A DNA stretch of 64,000 nt. Origin: Hyphomonadaceae bacterium (lineage in GTDB: Bacteria; Pseudomonadota; Alphaproteobacteria; Caulobacterales; Aquidulcibacteraceae). Positions within the stretch are counted from its first letter, which is position 1. The number at the start of each line of letters is the position of its first letter. The notes beneath the pieces were generated by a model. It was not told the DNA's origin. It saw nothing but the letters and a program-made list of their open reading frames with translations, and ran no database searches. The stretch is taken from positions 42,773 through 106,772 of the forward strand of contig JBFXCP010000010.1 of NCBI GenBank assembly GCA_050182055.1, written 5' to 3'. Positions 1 through 9,298 of the stretch are shown here, one piece after another. The translations under genes and the position numbers were made by a program.

Positions 1-198
1 GACCGCGCCGAGAAGGGCGAAAGCGTTACGATCACCCGGCACGGCAAGCCGGTCGTCGAAATGCGGCCGGCCGCAGCGCCGCCGCGGCGCATGACCAGCG
101 CCGATTTGGACAGGCTTGCCCAAGGCCGTCGCGCGCGCAAAGCAAAGGGCAGCCCCGTCGCCCAAATGCTGAAGTGGCGCGACGAAGGGAGCCTATGA
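1..198 (+). CDS. Phd/YefM-type antitoxin, 5' end cut by window edge
   Basis: Frame 1 reads DRAEKGESVTITRHGKPVVEMRP..., a typical Phd/YefM antitoxin core. Its TGA (196-198) overlaps the ATG (195) of the downstream PIN gene (ATGA coupling). Confidence 0.6.
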   Translation, partial: DRAEKGESVTITRHGKPVVEMRPAAAPPRRMTSADLDRLAQGRRARKAKGSPVAQMLKWRDEGSL

Positions 199-611
199 GG
201 CTTTATCTCGACGCGAGCGTGCTCGTGGCGCTGTTTGTCAACGACCCGCTCAGCCAGCGCGCCCATGCGGCCATTGCCGCCGCGGATGCGGGGCTCATCG
301 TGAGCGACTTCGCCTCGCTCGAGTTCGGCGCTTCAATCCAGCGCTTCGCTCGCGGAAAGCTCATCACCGGAAAGGACGCCCGCTCGGCGCTGCAAGAGTT
401 TGACCGCTGGACAGCCGTCAGCTGCGAGCGGGCGGAGACGATGGGATCGGATATTGTCGACGCAGCTGTCTTGGTGCGCCGGGACGACCTTGCGCTTCGG
501 GGCTCGGATGCGGTTCATGTTGCTATTGTTCAGCGGCTGGCGGCGCGCTTGTTGACCTTCGACAGGAAAATGGCGAGCAACGCGAAGAGGCTGGGATTGG
601 CCGTTGCCTAG
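195..611 (+). CDS. vapC: PIN-domain toxin (VapC family)
   Basis: MRLYLDASVLVALF... N-terminus with conserved Asp, about 138 aa, PIN-like. The ORF track starts at GTG 174, but ATG 195 gives the classic 4-nt overlap with the antitoxin. Confidence 0.8.
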   Translation: MRLYLDASVLVALFVNDPLSQRAHAAIAAADAGLIVSDFASLEFGASIQRFARGKLITGKDARSALQEFDRWTAVSCERAETMGSDIVDAAVLVRRDDLALRGSDAVHVAIVQRLAARLLTFDRKMASNAKRLGLAVA

Positions 612-636
612 CGCGTTCCATGTGGGAAACTGAAGC

Positions 637-2052
637 ATGATCCGCCGCGCCATTCCTTTCGACACCGGGCCCATTCATTTTGTCGGCATCGGCGGCATTG
701 GCATGTCCGGCATCGCCGCGGTGATGAAGAACCTCGGCTACGAGGTCACCGGCTCCGACGCCAAGGACGGGGCCAATATCGAACGTCTGCGCGCGCAGGG
801 CATTCAGGTGACGATCGGCCACAGAGCCGAGGCGGCCGCCAATGCCGGCGTCGTGGTGATTTCCTCCGCCATCAAGGACGGCAACGCCGAGGTCGATACA
901 GCGCGCGCGCGCGGCGTGCCGATCGTGCGCCGCGCCGAGATGCTGGCCGAGATCATGCGGCTGAAGTGGAACGTCGCCGTCGGCGGCACGCACGGCAAGA
1001 CCACCACCACTTCGATGATCGCCGCGCTGTTGGATGCGGGCGGCAAGGATCCCACCGTCATCAATGGCGGCATCATCAACGCTTACGGCGCCAACGCGCG
1101 CATGGGCGAGGGCGAGTGGATGGTGGTGGAGGCCGACGAAAGCGACGGCACCTTCACGCGCCTGCGCGCCACCGCCGTCGTCGTCACCAACATGGATCCC
1201 GAGCACCTCGATCATTACGGCTCGGTCGACGCCATGAACGACGCCTATCGTCAGTTCGTCGAGAACATCCCGTTCTACGGCTTCGCGGTGATGTGCCTCG
1301 ATCATCCGCAGGTGCAGGCGTTGGCCGCGCAGGTGCGCGACCGGCGCATCATTTCTTACGGCTTCAACCCGCAGGCGGACGTGTGCGCCGTCAATGTGCG
1401 CCCCTCCCGCGATGGCTCCACGTTCGACGTGGTCGCGCGCAAGAAGGGCGAGGGCCCGGGGGTGACGCTGCACGATCTCTTCTTGCCGGTGGCGGGGCGT
1501 CACAACGTGCAGAACGCCGTCGCCGCGATTGCCGTCGCCCGCGAATTGGGCGTCACCGACGCGGGCCTCCGCAAGGGCCTGAAGAAGTTCGCCGGTGTGA
1601 AGCGCCGCTTCACCACCACCGGCTACTGGAACGAGGTTCGCATCGTCGACGATTATGGCCACCACCCGGTCGAGATCGCCGCCGTGCTGTCCGCCGCGCG
1701 CGAAATGACGGAGGGCCGCGTCATCGCCGTGGTGCAGCCGCACCGCTACACGCGCTTGCGCGATCTGTTCGGCGATTTCTCCACCTGCTTCAACGACGCT
1801 GACATCGTCGCCGTCGCGGATGTATACGCGGCGGGTGAACAGCCGATCGATGGGATCAGCGCTGAGACTCTCGCCGCCAGCATCAAGAGTCACGGCCATC
1901 GCGACGCGCGCCGCCTCGAAAGCCTCGACGATCTGCCCGATCTCGTCCGCGCCGAAGCGCGGCCTGGCGATATCGTGGTGTGCCTCGGTGCGGGCGATAT
2001 CACGGCGTACGCGAACGCGCTGCCGGCGAAGCTCGGCGCGGCTGCGGCTTAG
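637..2052 (+). CDS. murC: UDP-N-acetylmuramate--L-alanine ligase
   Basis: 471 aa. [26 protein letters not shown]-loop and DDYGHHP motifs of Mur ligases, in a dcw context. Confidence 0.97.
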   Translation: MIRRAIPFDTGPIHFVGIGGIGMSGIAAVMKNLGYEVTGSDAKDGANIERLRAQGIQVTIGHRAEAAANAGVVVISSAIKDGNAEVDTARARGVPIVRRAEMLAEIMRLKWNVAVGGTHGKTTTTSMIAALLDAGGKDPTVINGGIINAYGANARMGEGEWMVVEADESDGTFTRLRATAVVVTNMDPEHLDHYGSVDAMNDAYRQFVENIPFYGFAVMCLDHPQVQALAAQVRDRRIISYGFNPQADVCAVNVRPSRDGSTFDVVARKKGEGPGVTLHDLFLPVAGRHNVQNAVAAIAVARELGVTDAGLRKGLKKFAGVKRRFTTTGYWNEVRIVDDYGHHPVEIAAVLSAAREMTEGRVIAVVQPHRYTRLRDLFGDFSTCFNDADIVAVADVYAAGEQPIDGISAETLAASIKSHGHRDARRLESLDDLPDLVRAEARPGDIVVCLGAGDITAYANALPAKLGAAAA

Positions 2053-2060
2053 AGGCTAGA

Positions 2061-2813
2061 TTGGCCGAAGCGGTATACGATGGCTTGGGTCTGGGCGAAG
2101 GCTATGCGCTCCGCCGCCGCCCGGACCCGCGCATTGCGTCGGCCATCGCCGCCGCGCTGGGCGATGCGCGCTTGGTGATCAATGTTGGTGCGGGCGCGGG
2201 GTCGTACGAGCCGGCCGATCGTATCGTGCGGGCCGTCGAGCCCTCCAACGTGATGATCGCCCAGCGCCCAGCGAACGCCGCGCCGTGCGTGTGCGCGGCG
2301 GCAGAATCTCTTCCGTTCGTGGATGATGCGTTCGACGCGGCGATGGCGGTGCTGACGATCCATCACTGGTCGGATTGGCGCGCGGGCCTGCGCGAGATGC
2401 GCCGCGTCGCGCGCCGCCGCATCGTGCTGCTGACGTTCGATGTCGAGGCTTCGGATTTCTGGCTGACCCAGGACTATTTCCCTGAGCTCGCTGAGTTGGA
2501 TCGGCGGATCATGCCTAAGCTCTCGGACATGGCGGGGGAGCTCGGCCCGTTCGAAGCCGCCCCGGTTCCGATCCCGCACGACTGCGTCGACGGGTTCCTC
2601 GGCGCGTATTGGCGCCGGCCTGAAGTGTATCTTGATGACGGCGCGCGCAGGTCGATGTCGTCCTTCGCCAAGATCGACGCGCAAGATGGGTTGAAACGGC
2701 TGGGCGATGATGTCGCCAGCGGCGCGTGGCGCAGCCGCTACGCGCCGCTGCTCGGCCTGGACGCGTTGGACGTGGGCTATAGATTGGTACGCTGGGAGCT
2801 TCCGCAGGAGTGA
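2061..2813 (+). CDS. class I SAM-dependent methyltransferase (Methyltransf_11-like)
   Basis: VINVGAGAGSYEP motif I, followed by FDAAMAVLTIHHW. In-frame TTG at 2061 just after the murC stop. Start is uncertain. Confidence 0.7.
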   Translation: MAEAVYDGLGLGEGYALRRRPDPRIASAIAAALGDARLVINVGAGAGSYEPADRIVRAVEPSNVMIAQRPANAAPCVCAAAESLPFVDDAFDAAMAVLTIHHWSDWRAGLREMRRVARRRIVLLTFDVEASDFWLTQDYFPELAELDRRIMPKLSDMAGELGPFEAAPVPIPHDCVDGFLGAYWRRPEVYLDDGARRSMSSFAKIDAQDGLKRLGDDVASGAWRSRYAPLLGLDALDVGYRLVRWELPQE

Positions 2814-2817
2814 TCGC

Positions 2818-3120
2818 ATGCCGCTGATGAGATGTCTGCTCGTTGGCGTTCTCGCTCTGGCTGCTTGTGGGACGAGTTCATCGCTGCTGCCGACCGATCG
2901 CGTTCGAGACATGGCTAGCGCCGTAAGGATTGCTAGGGAGCTCTGCACGCCTGGCCGCTCGACTTCGCCTGAACAAGGTTGGTGGCGCGCCCGGCTGCGC
3001 GACCGTGTCTGGCGTGTTTGGCTTGTTGCGCCAAACGAACGCATCCCAACCTACGAAGTCAGTATTCAGGCGTCCGACGGGTCGTCTACGGGGTGCGCGA
3101 TCGCCGTCAGGGCGGATTGA
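2818..3120 (+). CDS. small lipoprotein, unknown function
   Basis: MPLMRCLLVGVLALAACG signal plus lipobox. ATG at 2818 lies inside the longer track ORF 2707..3120. Confidence 0.55.
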   Translation: MPLMRCLLVGVLALAACGTSSSLLPTDRVRDMASAVRIARELCTPGRSTSPEQGWWRARLRDRVWRVWLVAPNERIPTYEVSIQASDGSSTGCAIAVRAD

Positions 3121-3191
3121 GGCGCTTGCTGCGCCTCATTCATCGCACGCTCATCTCGGCTCCGCGACCATGCATTGAAAGAAGGCGAAAC

Positions 3192-3668
3192 ATGCGGTTG
3201 ACCTTGCTGCTGCCGATTGCTGCGCTTGCGCTGGCGTCCTGCGCCGCAGGGCCAACGGCTCAAACGCATGCCGTCACCCGTGTCGTGGCGACGACCTCGT
3301 TCGGCATGTGCGTCGGCTATTGCACCACGCGGCTGGAGATCAGCGAGGGCCAAGCCGTGCTCATCCGCGAAGCGCGCGCGGGGCGCGGCGGCGGCGGGCC
3401 GGTGCAGGACACGCAGCGTTTCACCGCGCAGCTCTCCGCGCTGGAGTGGCAAGAGATTCAACGCCTCGCCGCAAGCGCCGATTTCGATGCGCTGCCGGAT
3501 GTTGTCGGCTGCCCCGATTGCGCCGACGGCGGTGCGGAGAGCCTCACGGTCGAAGGACCAACGGGCGCGGAGAGCGTGTCGTTCGAATTTGGCGCAACGC
3601 TCGCGCAAGCGCGGCCGCTGCTGGAACGGGTCCGGGCGCTGCGGGATCGACTCATGCCCCGGGAGTGA
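3192..3668 (+). CDS. lipoprotein, unknown function (Cys-motif GMCVGYC ... CPDC)
   Basis: MRLTLLLPIAALALASCA lipobox. Loosely the same design as the exported protein at 61770..62270. Confidence 0.6.
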   Translation: MRLTLLLPIAALALASCAAGPTAQTHAVTRVVATTSFGMCVGYCTTRLEISEGQAVLIREARAGRGGGGPVQDTQRFTAQLSALEWQEIQRLAASADFDALPDVVGCPDCADGGAESLTVEGPTGAESVSFEFGATLAQARPLLERVRALRDRLMPRE

Positions 3669-3671
3669 CAC

Positions 3672-3700
3672 TTGACAGTAAGGCAATCTAACCTTACATT
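3672..3700 (+). promoter_or_regulatory. sigma70-like promoter with embedded palindromic operator for the vapBC pair
   Basis: TTGACA (3672-3677), 17-nt spacer, TACATT (3695-3700). The spacer holds the inverted repeat GTAAGG-N8-CCTTAC (3678-3697). The ATG is at 3707, so the mRNA would be almost leaderless. Confidence 0.45.
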
Positions 3701-3706
3701 GGCGGG

Positions 3707-3967
3707 ATGACAACGCTCACGATTACGGCCAAGGGGCAAGTCACGCTCCGCAAAGACGTGCTGGAACATCTCGGTGTAGGCCCGGGTGAGAAGATCAGCG
3801 TCAGCAGGCTGCCAGATGGGCGGATTGAGGTGCGGGCGGCCGCGTCCGGCGAAATCTCGGCGGTCTTCGGCATGCTTAAGCAAAAAGGCAGACGCACGCT
3901 TTCGGTCGACGAGATGAACCAGATCGCCCAGCAGGGATGGGCCGGCGCGCGGCGCAAGAAAACGTGA
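3707..3967 (+). CDS. vapB: AbrB/MazE/SpoVT-fold antitoxin (VapB-like)
   Basis: MTTLTITAKGQVTLRKDVLEHLGVGPGEKI is the swapped-hairpin AbrB signature. 86 aa, immediately upstream of a PIN gene. Confidence 0.8.
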   Translation: MTTLTITAKGQVTLRKDVLEHLGVGPGEKISVSRLPDGRIEVRAAASGEISAVFGMLKQKGRRTLSVDEMNQIAQQGWAGARRKKT

Positions 3968-4362
3968 GGATCACGGTTGATACCAACGTCTTGGTGCGCG
4001 CGATCGTTGAGGACGATTCAAAACAAGCCAAGATCGCGCAGGCTGCGCTCGCGAAGGCCGACCTGATCGCCATTCCGTTGCCGACCCTATGCGAGTTTGT
4101 TTGGGTGCTGTCGCGAGGGTACGGCATCGCCGTCGCGGAGATTGTTCAGGCCATTCGGCAGCTCATGGCGAGTGCGAAGGTGGAGGCCAATCGGCCGGCG
4201 GTCACCGCCGGATTGGCCGCGCTTGAGCAAGGAGGCGATTTTGCCGACGGCGTTATCGCATTCGAAGGCGCGAGCCTCGGCGCCGACACGTTTGCGTCGT
4301 TCGACCAAGACGCGGTGAAGCTGTTAAAGCGCGAAGGAATCGGCGTGCTGCTGCTGGGCTAG
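3964..4362 (+). CDS. vapC: PIN-domain toxin (VapC family)
   Basis: VRITVDTNVLVRAIV... PIN N-terminus. GTG 3964 overlaps the antitoxin TGA (GTGA). The track ORF begins earlier, at 3937. Confidence 0.8.
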   Translation: MRITVDTNVLVRAIVEDDSKQAKIAQAALAKADLIAIPLPTLCEFVWVLSRGYGIAVAEIVQAIRQLMASAKVEANRPAVTAGLAALEQGGDFADGVIAFEGASLGADTFASFDQDAVKLLKREGIGVLLLG

Positions 4363-4378
4363 TCTCGCGGGCGACTCG

Positions 4379-5293
4379 ATGCCGAAACAATTTGACCTCG
4401 TCGACGACTCTGCGCAGCGCGGATGCATGGCCGACACTGCTCACCGCAAGCCGAAGCCGCTCCGCGCCGCCATGGTCTACGATTTCGACGGCACGCTGGC
4501 GCGCGGCAATCTGCAGGAACGCAGCTTCATTCCCGACATCGCCGGCATGAACCACGCGGACTTTTGGCTGGAAGTGAAGCGCCTGGCGAAGGCCGAGGAT
4601 GCAGACGAGATCCTCGTCTACATGCACCTGATGCTCGACCGTGCGCGCGCGGCGGGCCATCCGGTGACGCGCAAGCAATTGCGGGCCTCGGGGGCCGATC
4701 CGGACTTCTTCGACGGGCTCGATCATTGGTTCGACCGCGTCGACGCGTTCGCCGACGATCTGGGCCTCGCCCTCGACCACTACATCATCTCATCGGGCAT
4801 CTATGAGATGATCGAGGGCTGCCCGCTGTTTCCGCGGTTCCGCAACGTGTTCGCCTCGCGCTTTCTCTACGACACCAAGGGCGAAGCGAAGTGGCCGAGC
4901 GTTGCCATCAATTACACGACGAAGACGCAGTTCCTCTTCCGCATCAACAAGGGCATTGACAACGTCCACGACACCGAAGCGATCAATCGTTGGGTGCATG
5001 ACGACGCGCGCGATCTGCCGTTCGAGCGGATGATTTTTATCGGCGATGGCGACACCGACATTCCGTCGATGAAAATGGTGACCAGCCAGGGCGGCTGCGC
5101 CATCGCCGTGCTCGATCCGTATCAGTGGACCGAGCCGCGCAGCCTCGACAAGATCTCGCGCCTGATCGCGGAAGATCGCGTCAGCTACGTCGCGCCGGCC
5201 GACTATCAGCCGAAGAGCCAACTCGATGTGATCGTGCAGGGCGCGCTCGGGCGCATTGCGCTCCGGGCGGGTTTGCCGGTGAGCGCGCGCTAA
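4379..5293 (+). CDS. HAD-superfamily hydrolase-like protein
   Basis: MVYDFDGTLA (DxDGT motif I) and FIGDGDTDIPSM (motif IV). The true start may be an internal Met (residue 17 or 32). Confidence 0.65.
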   Translation: MPKQFDLVDDSAQRGCMADTAHRKPKPLRAAMVYDFDGTLARGNLQERSFIPDIAGMNHADFWLEVKRLAKAEDADEILVYMHLMLDRARAAGHPVTRKQLRASGADPDFFDGLDHWFDRVDAFADDLGLALDHYIISSGIYEMIEGCPLFPRFRNVFASRFLYDTKGEAKWPSVAINYTTKTQFLFRINKGIDNVHDTEAINRWVHDDARDLPFERMIFIGDGDTDIPSMKMVTSQGGCAIAVLDPYQWTEPRSLDKISRLIAEDRVSYVAPADYQPKSQLDVIVQGALGRIALRAGLPVSAR

Positions 5294-5336
5294 TGATCCG
5301 CTCATCCCTCCCCGCGATGCGGGGAGGGATTGCTGC

Positions 5337-5699
5337 TTAACTGCCGGCGGGCGCGGTGACTGGCGCGCGCTCGATCAGCGTAACCGGATAGGGGAACGGC
5401 GGATCGCCGCCCATCAGCTGCACGCCCAATCCGTTGCCGACGCAGATAAAGCTCGTGGTCGAGCGGATGGCGATCGCGTGCGCCCAATCGAGGTCGCGCG
5501 TGTTCTGGCGGATGGTCAGGTAGTACTCGCGCTGCGGGCTGACGGTCACGCGGATGCGATGCTCGTCCAGTACGCCATAGCCGCTGACGTCCAGTGCGCG
5601 AAAGCAATCACGCTCTGTGGCGCCGCTGCTGGCGGTTTCGGTTGACGCGCACGCGGCGAGTGAAAGCGCGGTTGCGGCGAGGAAGGCGCTACGAAGCAT
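5337..5699 (-). CDS. small lipoprotein, paralog A (resembles DUF6491-type proteins, from memory)
   Basis: MLRSAFLAATALSLAACAS lipobox. GGAGA lies 9 nt upstream of ATG 5699. Shares the pattern CF...V.G......H/N.R.....YYLT...N..DLDW...IAI.....CVGNGLGV....GG with the next gene. Confidence 0.7.
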   Translation of the reverse strand: MLRSAFLAATALSLAACASTETASSGATERDCFRALDVSGYGVLDEHRIRVTVSPQREYYLTIRQNTRDLDWAHAIAIRSTTSFICVGNGLGVQLMGGDPPFPYPVTLIERAPVTAPAGS

Positions 5700-5720
5700 C
5701 AAACATATCTCCTTCGGGTT

Positions 5721-6086
5721 TCACCCGTTCTGCGCGGCGGGTTGTTCCGGCGCGCGTTCGACCGATGTGATCGGATAGGTGCGGCGCGGGTCGCCGCCGA
5801 TGATCTCGACGCCAAGGCCGTTGCCGACACAGACGCGGCCCGTGGCGGTGCGAATGGCGATGCGCTGCTCCCAGTCGAGGTCGTAGGCGTTCCACATCGT
5901 GGTCAGCACATACTGGCGGTTGGCGCCGACCCGAAGGCCGACGCGGTTGCGGTCGATGACGTCGAAGCCATGCACTTGGCTGGTGCGGAAGCAGTCTTGC
6001 GCCGCCGCCGTCTGGGCCGGCGGCTCGGTCGCGCTGGCGCACGCGGCAAGCGCCGCGGCGGCGATCAGAATGCCCATAATTCGCAT
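5721..6086 (-). CDS. small lipoprotein, paralog B
   Basis: MRIMGILIAAAALAACASA lipobox with GGAGA upstream. Collinear similarity to 5337..5699 (CVGNGLGVEIIGGDP versus CVGNGLGVQLMGGDP). Confidence 0.7.
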   Translation of the reverse strand: MRIMGILIAAAALAACASATEPPAQTAAAQDCFRTSQVHGFDVIDRNRVGLRVGANRQYVLTTMWNAYDLDWEQRIAIRTATGRVCVGNGLGVEIIGGDPRRTYPITSVERAPEQPAAQNG

Positions 6087-6185
6087 GTGCGCGTCTCCGT
6101 CGGGGTTCAACCAGCACGAACGCTGGGATAACCTAATCGCACACAGCCGCGCCGCCGCTCAAAAGCATGAGAGTGCCCATCAACA

Positions 6186-7097
6186 ATGAGTGAACTCGAC
6201 CTTCCGCCGGTGCGCGGGCAGCTGCTGCGCGGCGAGACGTTGGCGCCGTTCACTTGGTTTCGTGTCGGCGGGCCGGCCGATGCGCTGTTCTTACCGGCCG
6301 ACACGGACGACCTGGCGCAGTTTCTGGCGGCGCTGCCGCCGGACGTTCCGGTGCTGCCGATCGGGGTCGGCTCCAACCTGATCGTGCGCGACGGCGGCCT
6401 GCCGGGCGTTGCGATCCGGCTCGCGGGGCGCGCGTTCGCGCAGGTCGAGCCGCTGGACGGCGCGCGCATCCGCGCCGGCGCTGGCGCGCTCGACTCGATG
6501 GTGGCGAAGGGCGCGGCGAAGGCAGGCGTGGCGGGGCTGGAGTTCTACGTCGGCGTGCCCGGCACGATCGGGGGCGCGCTGACCATGAACGCCGGCTGCT
6601 ATGGGCGCGAGACATGCGACGTGCTGGTCGAAGCGACAGCACTCGATCGCAGCGGCAAACGCGTGACGCTGACGAACGCCGATTTCGGCTTTACCTATCG
6701 CCACAATGCGCTTCCGGACGGCCTCATCTTTCTCGGCGCCACATTCCAGGGGACGCCGGACGAGCCCGCAGCGATCGCTGCACGCATGGCGGAGATCACG
6801 GCGCGGCGCGAGGGCTCGCAGCCGATCCGCGAGAAGACGGGCGGCTCGACCTTCAAGAACCCCATGTTGCCCTCCGGCGAGAAGGGTTCTGCGTGGAGAT
6901 TGGTCGATGAAGCGGGGATGCGCGGCCATCGCCGTGGCGGCGCGCAGGTGAGCGAGAAGCACGCCAACTTTCTGATCAACACGGGCGAAGCCACCGCCGC
7001 CGACATCGAAGGCCTGGGCGAGGAGGTGCGCGCGGCGGTGAAGGCCCGGCACGGTGTTGAGCTGCAATGGGAGATCAAGCGGGTGGGGCGCGCATGA
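6186..7097 (+). CDS. murB: UDP-N-acetylenolpyruvoylglucosamine reductase
   Basis: 303 aa with the FAD-binding PCMH pattern ([30 protein letters not shown]). dcw context. Confidence 0.95.
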   Translation: MSELDLPPVRGQLLRGETLAPFTWFRVGGPADALFLPADTDDLAQFLAALPPDVPVLPIGVGSNLIVRDGGLPGVAIRLAGRAFAQVEPLDGARIRAGAGALDSMVAKGAAKAGVAGLEFYVGVPGTIGGALTMNAGCYGRETCDVLVEATALDRSGKRVTLTNADFGFTYRHNALPDGLIFLGATFQGTPDEPAAIAARMAEITARREGSQPIREKTGGSTFKNPMLPSGEKGSAWRLVDEAGMRGHRRGGAQVSEKHANFLINTGEATAADIEGLGEEVRAAVKARHGVELQWEIKRVGRA

Positions 7098-7282
7098 AGA
7101 AGGCGTTTCTCATCGGCTTCGGCGCGCTCTTCATCGGCCTCGGGCTCTTGATGCTGGTCGTCATCGTCCGCGACGGCGGCGGCGATGGCGGTTCGGGCCA
7201 AGCGGCGCTGCTGCCGCTGGGCCTGATTGGCGCGGGCGCCATGTCGATCTCACGCGCGCGGCGTCCGCCGAAGACGTGGTGA
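7094..7282 (+). CDS. small two-TM membrane protein
   Basis: [25 protein letters not shown]... plus a second hydrophobic span. ATG 7094 overlaps the murB TGA (ATGA). Confidence 0.5.
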   Translation: MKKAFLIGFGALFIGLGLLMLVVIVRDGGGDGGSGQAALLPLGLIGAGAMSISRARRPPKTW

Positions 7283-7463
7283 GGGCCGCGCCGGCGTGGT
7301 TAAGCGCGCGCAACACGTCTGAAGGCAAATTTACCATAAAAAACAGCAACTAAAGCGGCCGCCCTCACCATGCCTTAACCGTGGCGCGTGTCATTATGAC
7401 ACTTCCGGAATGGGCGCAGAAAAGGCGCTCGCCGGGGCGGTGTTGGTTGGTTGAGGCGCGGCG

Positions 7464-8384
7464 ATGGCCCGTGTGGCGGTGCTTCTTGGGGGCTTAAGCC
7501 CCGAACGGCCTGTGAGCTTGGTCTCCGGGCGCGGCTGCGCCGACGCACTGCGCCGGCTCGGGCACGACGTCGTTGAAATCGATCCGCAGGACGACGGCTG
7601 GATCGCCGCCCTGAAAGCCGCCCATCCCGACAAAGTGTTCAACGCGCTGCACGGCGAATGGGGCGAAGACGGGCGCACGCAGGGCGTGCTGGACTATCTG
7701 AAGCTGCCCTACACGCATTCCGGCATGCTCGCGTCGGCGATCGCCATGGACAAGGACAAGTCCAAGGCCGTGTTCGCGCAAGCCGGTTTGCCGCTGGCGA
7801 ATGGCAAGCTGATGAGCCGCTTCGAGGCGGCCAAGGCGCATCCAATGCCCGCGCCCTATGTGGTGAAGCCGAACGCGCAAGGCTCGTCGGTCGGCATCTT
7901 TATCGTGCGGGAAGGCGCCAACCGCCCGCCCGAACAATTGCTCGATCCGGATTGGACCTTCGGCGACGACGTGCTGGTCGAGGAATTCATCGACGGCAAG
8001 GAATTGACCGTCGCCGTGATGCACGATCGCGGCGCGCTCGCGGTCACGGAAATCTTCGTGACCAGCGACGGCGACTGGTATGACTTCGACGCCAAGTACG
8101 CTGCTGGCGGCTCGCGGCACGAGGTGCCGGCGAACATCCCGCCAAGCGTCGCCGAGCAGTGCATGCGCGCCGCAGAGGCGGCCCATCATGCGCTGGGCTG
8201 CCGCGGCGTGACGCGCAGCGACTTCCGCTACGACCCCAAGCGCGACCGCATCGCGCTTCTGGAAGTGAACACCCAGCCGGGCATGACGCCGACATCGCTC
8301 GTTCCGGAGCAGGCGGCGCACGCGGGCATGACCTACGACGAGTTGGTGGCGTGGATCCTGGAGGACGCGTCATGGCCTCGGTGA
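7464..8384 (+). CDS. ddl: D-alanine--D-alanine ligase
   Basis: 306 aa, ATP-grasp fold. [18 protein letters not shown]-like start and [14 protein letters not shown]-terminal motif. Confidence 0.95.
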   Translation: MARVAVLLGGLSPERPVSLVSGRGCADALRRLGHDVVEIDPQDDGWIAALKAAHPDKVFNALHGEWGEDGRTQGVLDYLKLPYTHSGMLASAIAMDKDKSKAVFAQAGLPLANGKLMSRFEAAKAHPMPAPYVVKPNAQGSSVGIFIVREGANRPPEQLLDPDWTFGDDVLVEEFIDGKELTVAVMHDRGALAVTEIFVTSDGDWYDFDAKYAAGGSRHEVPANIPPSVAEQCMRAAEAAHHALGCRGVTRSDFRYDPKRDRIALLEVNTQPGMTPTSLVPEQAAHAGMTYDELVAWILEDASWPR

Positions 8385-9298
8385 GAGCACGTCGCAGTTC
8401 TGGAGGCGGCCGTGGCCGCCGGCACGCCCCCCCGCCCGGCCCCATGCCGCGGCTGGCGCACATCAAATTGAGCGGCGGCATCGCGGGCGGCGAGGTGAAG
8501 GTCTCCGGCCGCAGTCTCGCTTTGGCGTTGACGGGCGCGGTCTTCTTCCTGGGCGCGGGCATCGCCGGCGCCGCGTGGCTCGGTTCGTCACTGTTCGACG
8601 CGCGCGAAGCGCTCGCGCGCTCCGCCGACGCCGCCGCCGCGAAGATCGGCTTCAGCATCGGCGAAGTCGACGTCGCCGCGATGGCGAATGCGCCCGAGAT
8701 CACCGAGGCGCGCATGGCCGAAGTGCGCGCGCTGATCGTGCCCGAAGGGCGTCACTCAATCCTGTCGCTCGATCCCGACGACGTGAAGGCGCGCATCGAG
8801 AGCCTCGACTGGGTTGCGGAAGCGCGCGTGCGCCGGTTGTGGCCGTCGACGTTGCGGGTCGAAGTCGCGCGCCGTCAGGAATATGCGCTCTGGCAGGAGG
8901 GCGACCAGGTTTCTGTTATCGACGCCAACGGCGAACGCCTGCTGGCCGAGCGCGCCGCCGATCATCCGGACTTGCCGCGTGTCGTCGGCGCCGGCGCTGG
9001 GCCTGCCGCCGAGCCGCTGCTGATTGCGCTTGAAGATCTGCCGCAGCTGCGCGCGCGTTTGCGCCAGTTGGTGCGCGTGGGCGGCCGCCGCTGGAATGTC
9101 GAGCTGACGTCCGGCGCCACTGTGGCGCTGCCGGAACAGGGCGCGGTCGAAGCGCTCGCGCGGCTGGAAGCGTTGCAGGGCGAGTACGCGCTGCTCGACC
9201 GCCCGGTCGAAATGCTCGACATGCGCGCGCCGGGGCGTCTCGCGGTGCGCGTCCATCCCCAACTTGCGGGCGGTCCGCTGCTGGCCGGGGGCGTTTGA
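8372..9298 (+). CDS. ftsQ: cell division protein FtsQ
   Basis: Basic N-terminus, one TM ([22 protein letters not shown]), then POTRA/FtsQ-type region. Position is ddl-ftsQ-ftsA. Start chosen at ATG 8372 inside track ORF 8159..9298. Confidence 0.85.
   Translation: MASVRARRSSGGGRGRRHAPPPGPMPRLAHIKLSGGIAGGEVKVSGRSLALALTGAVFFLGAGIAGAAWLGSSLFDAREALARSADAAAAKIGFSIGEVDVAAMANAPEITEARMAEVRALIVPEGRHSILSLDPDDVKARIESLDWVAEARVRRLWPSTLRVEVARRQEYALWQEGDQVSVIDANGERLLAERAADHPDLPRVVGAGAGPAAEPLLIALEDLPQLRARLRQLVRVGGRRWNVELTSGATVALPEQGAVEALARLEALQGEYALLDRPVEMLDMRAPGRLAVRVHPQLAGGPLLAGGV

Noticed and set aside
523-1899. 458-aa minus-strand ORF opposite murC
   Set aside because: Entirely antisense to a confidently identified murC. 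The composition is Ala/Arg/Gly/His-rich and low-complexity, as expected for stop-free reverse frames in high-GC DNA. No motif or RBS.
7278-7387. Interleaved complementary segments after the murB-coupled small gene (GGTGAGGGC...GCCCTCACC and GGTTAAG...CTTAACC) suggesting a pseudoknot-like element around an AT-rich core
   Set aside because: The stems are only 9 and 7 bp, with 60-70-nt separations, and are easily explained by chance plus a ddl promoter region. No known RNA family fits, and I cannot evaluate covariation from one sequence.
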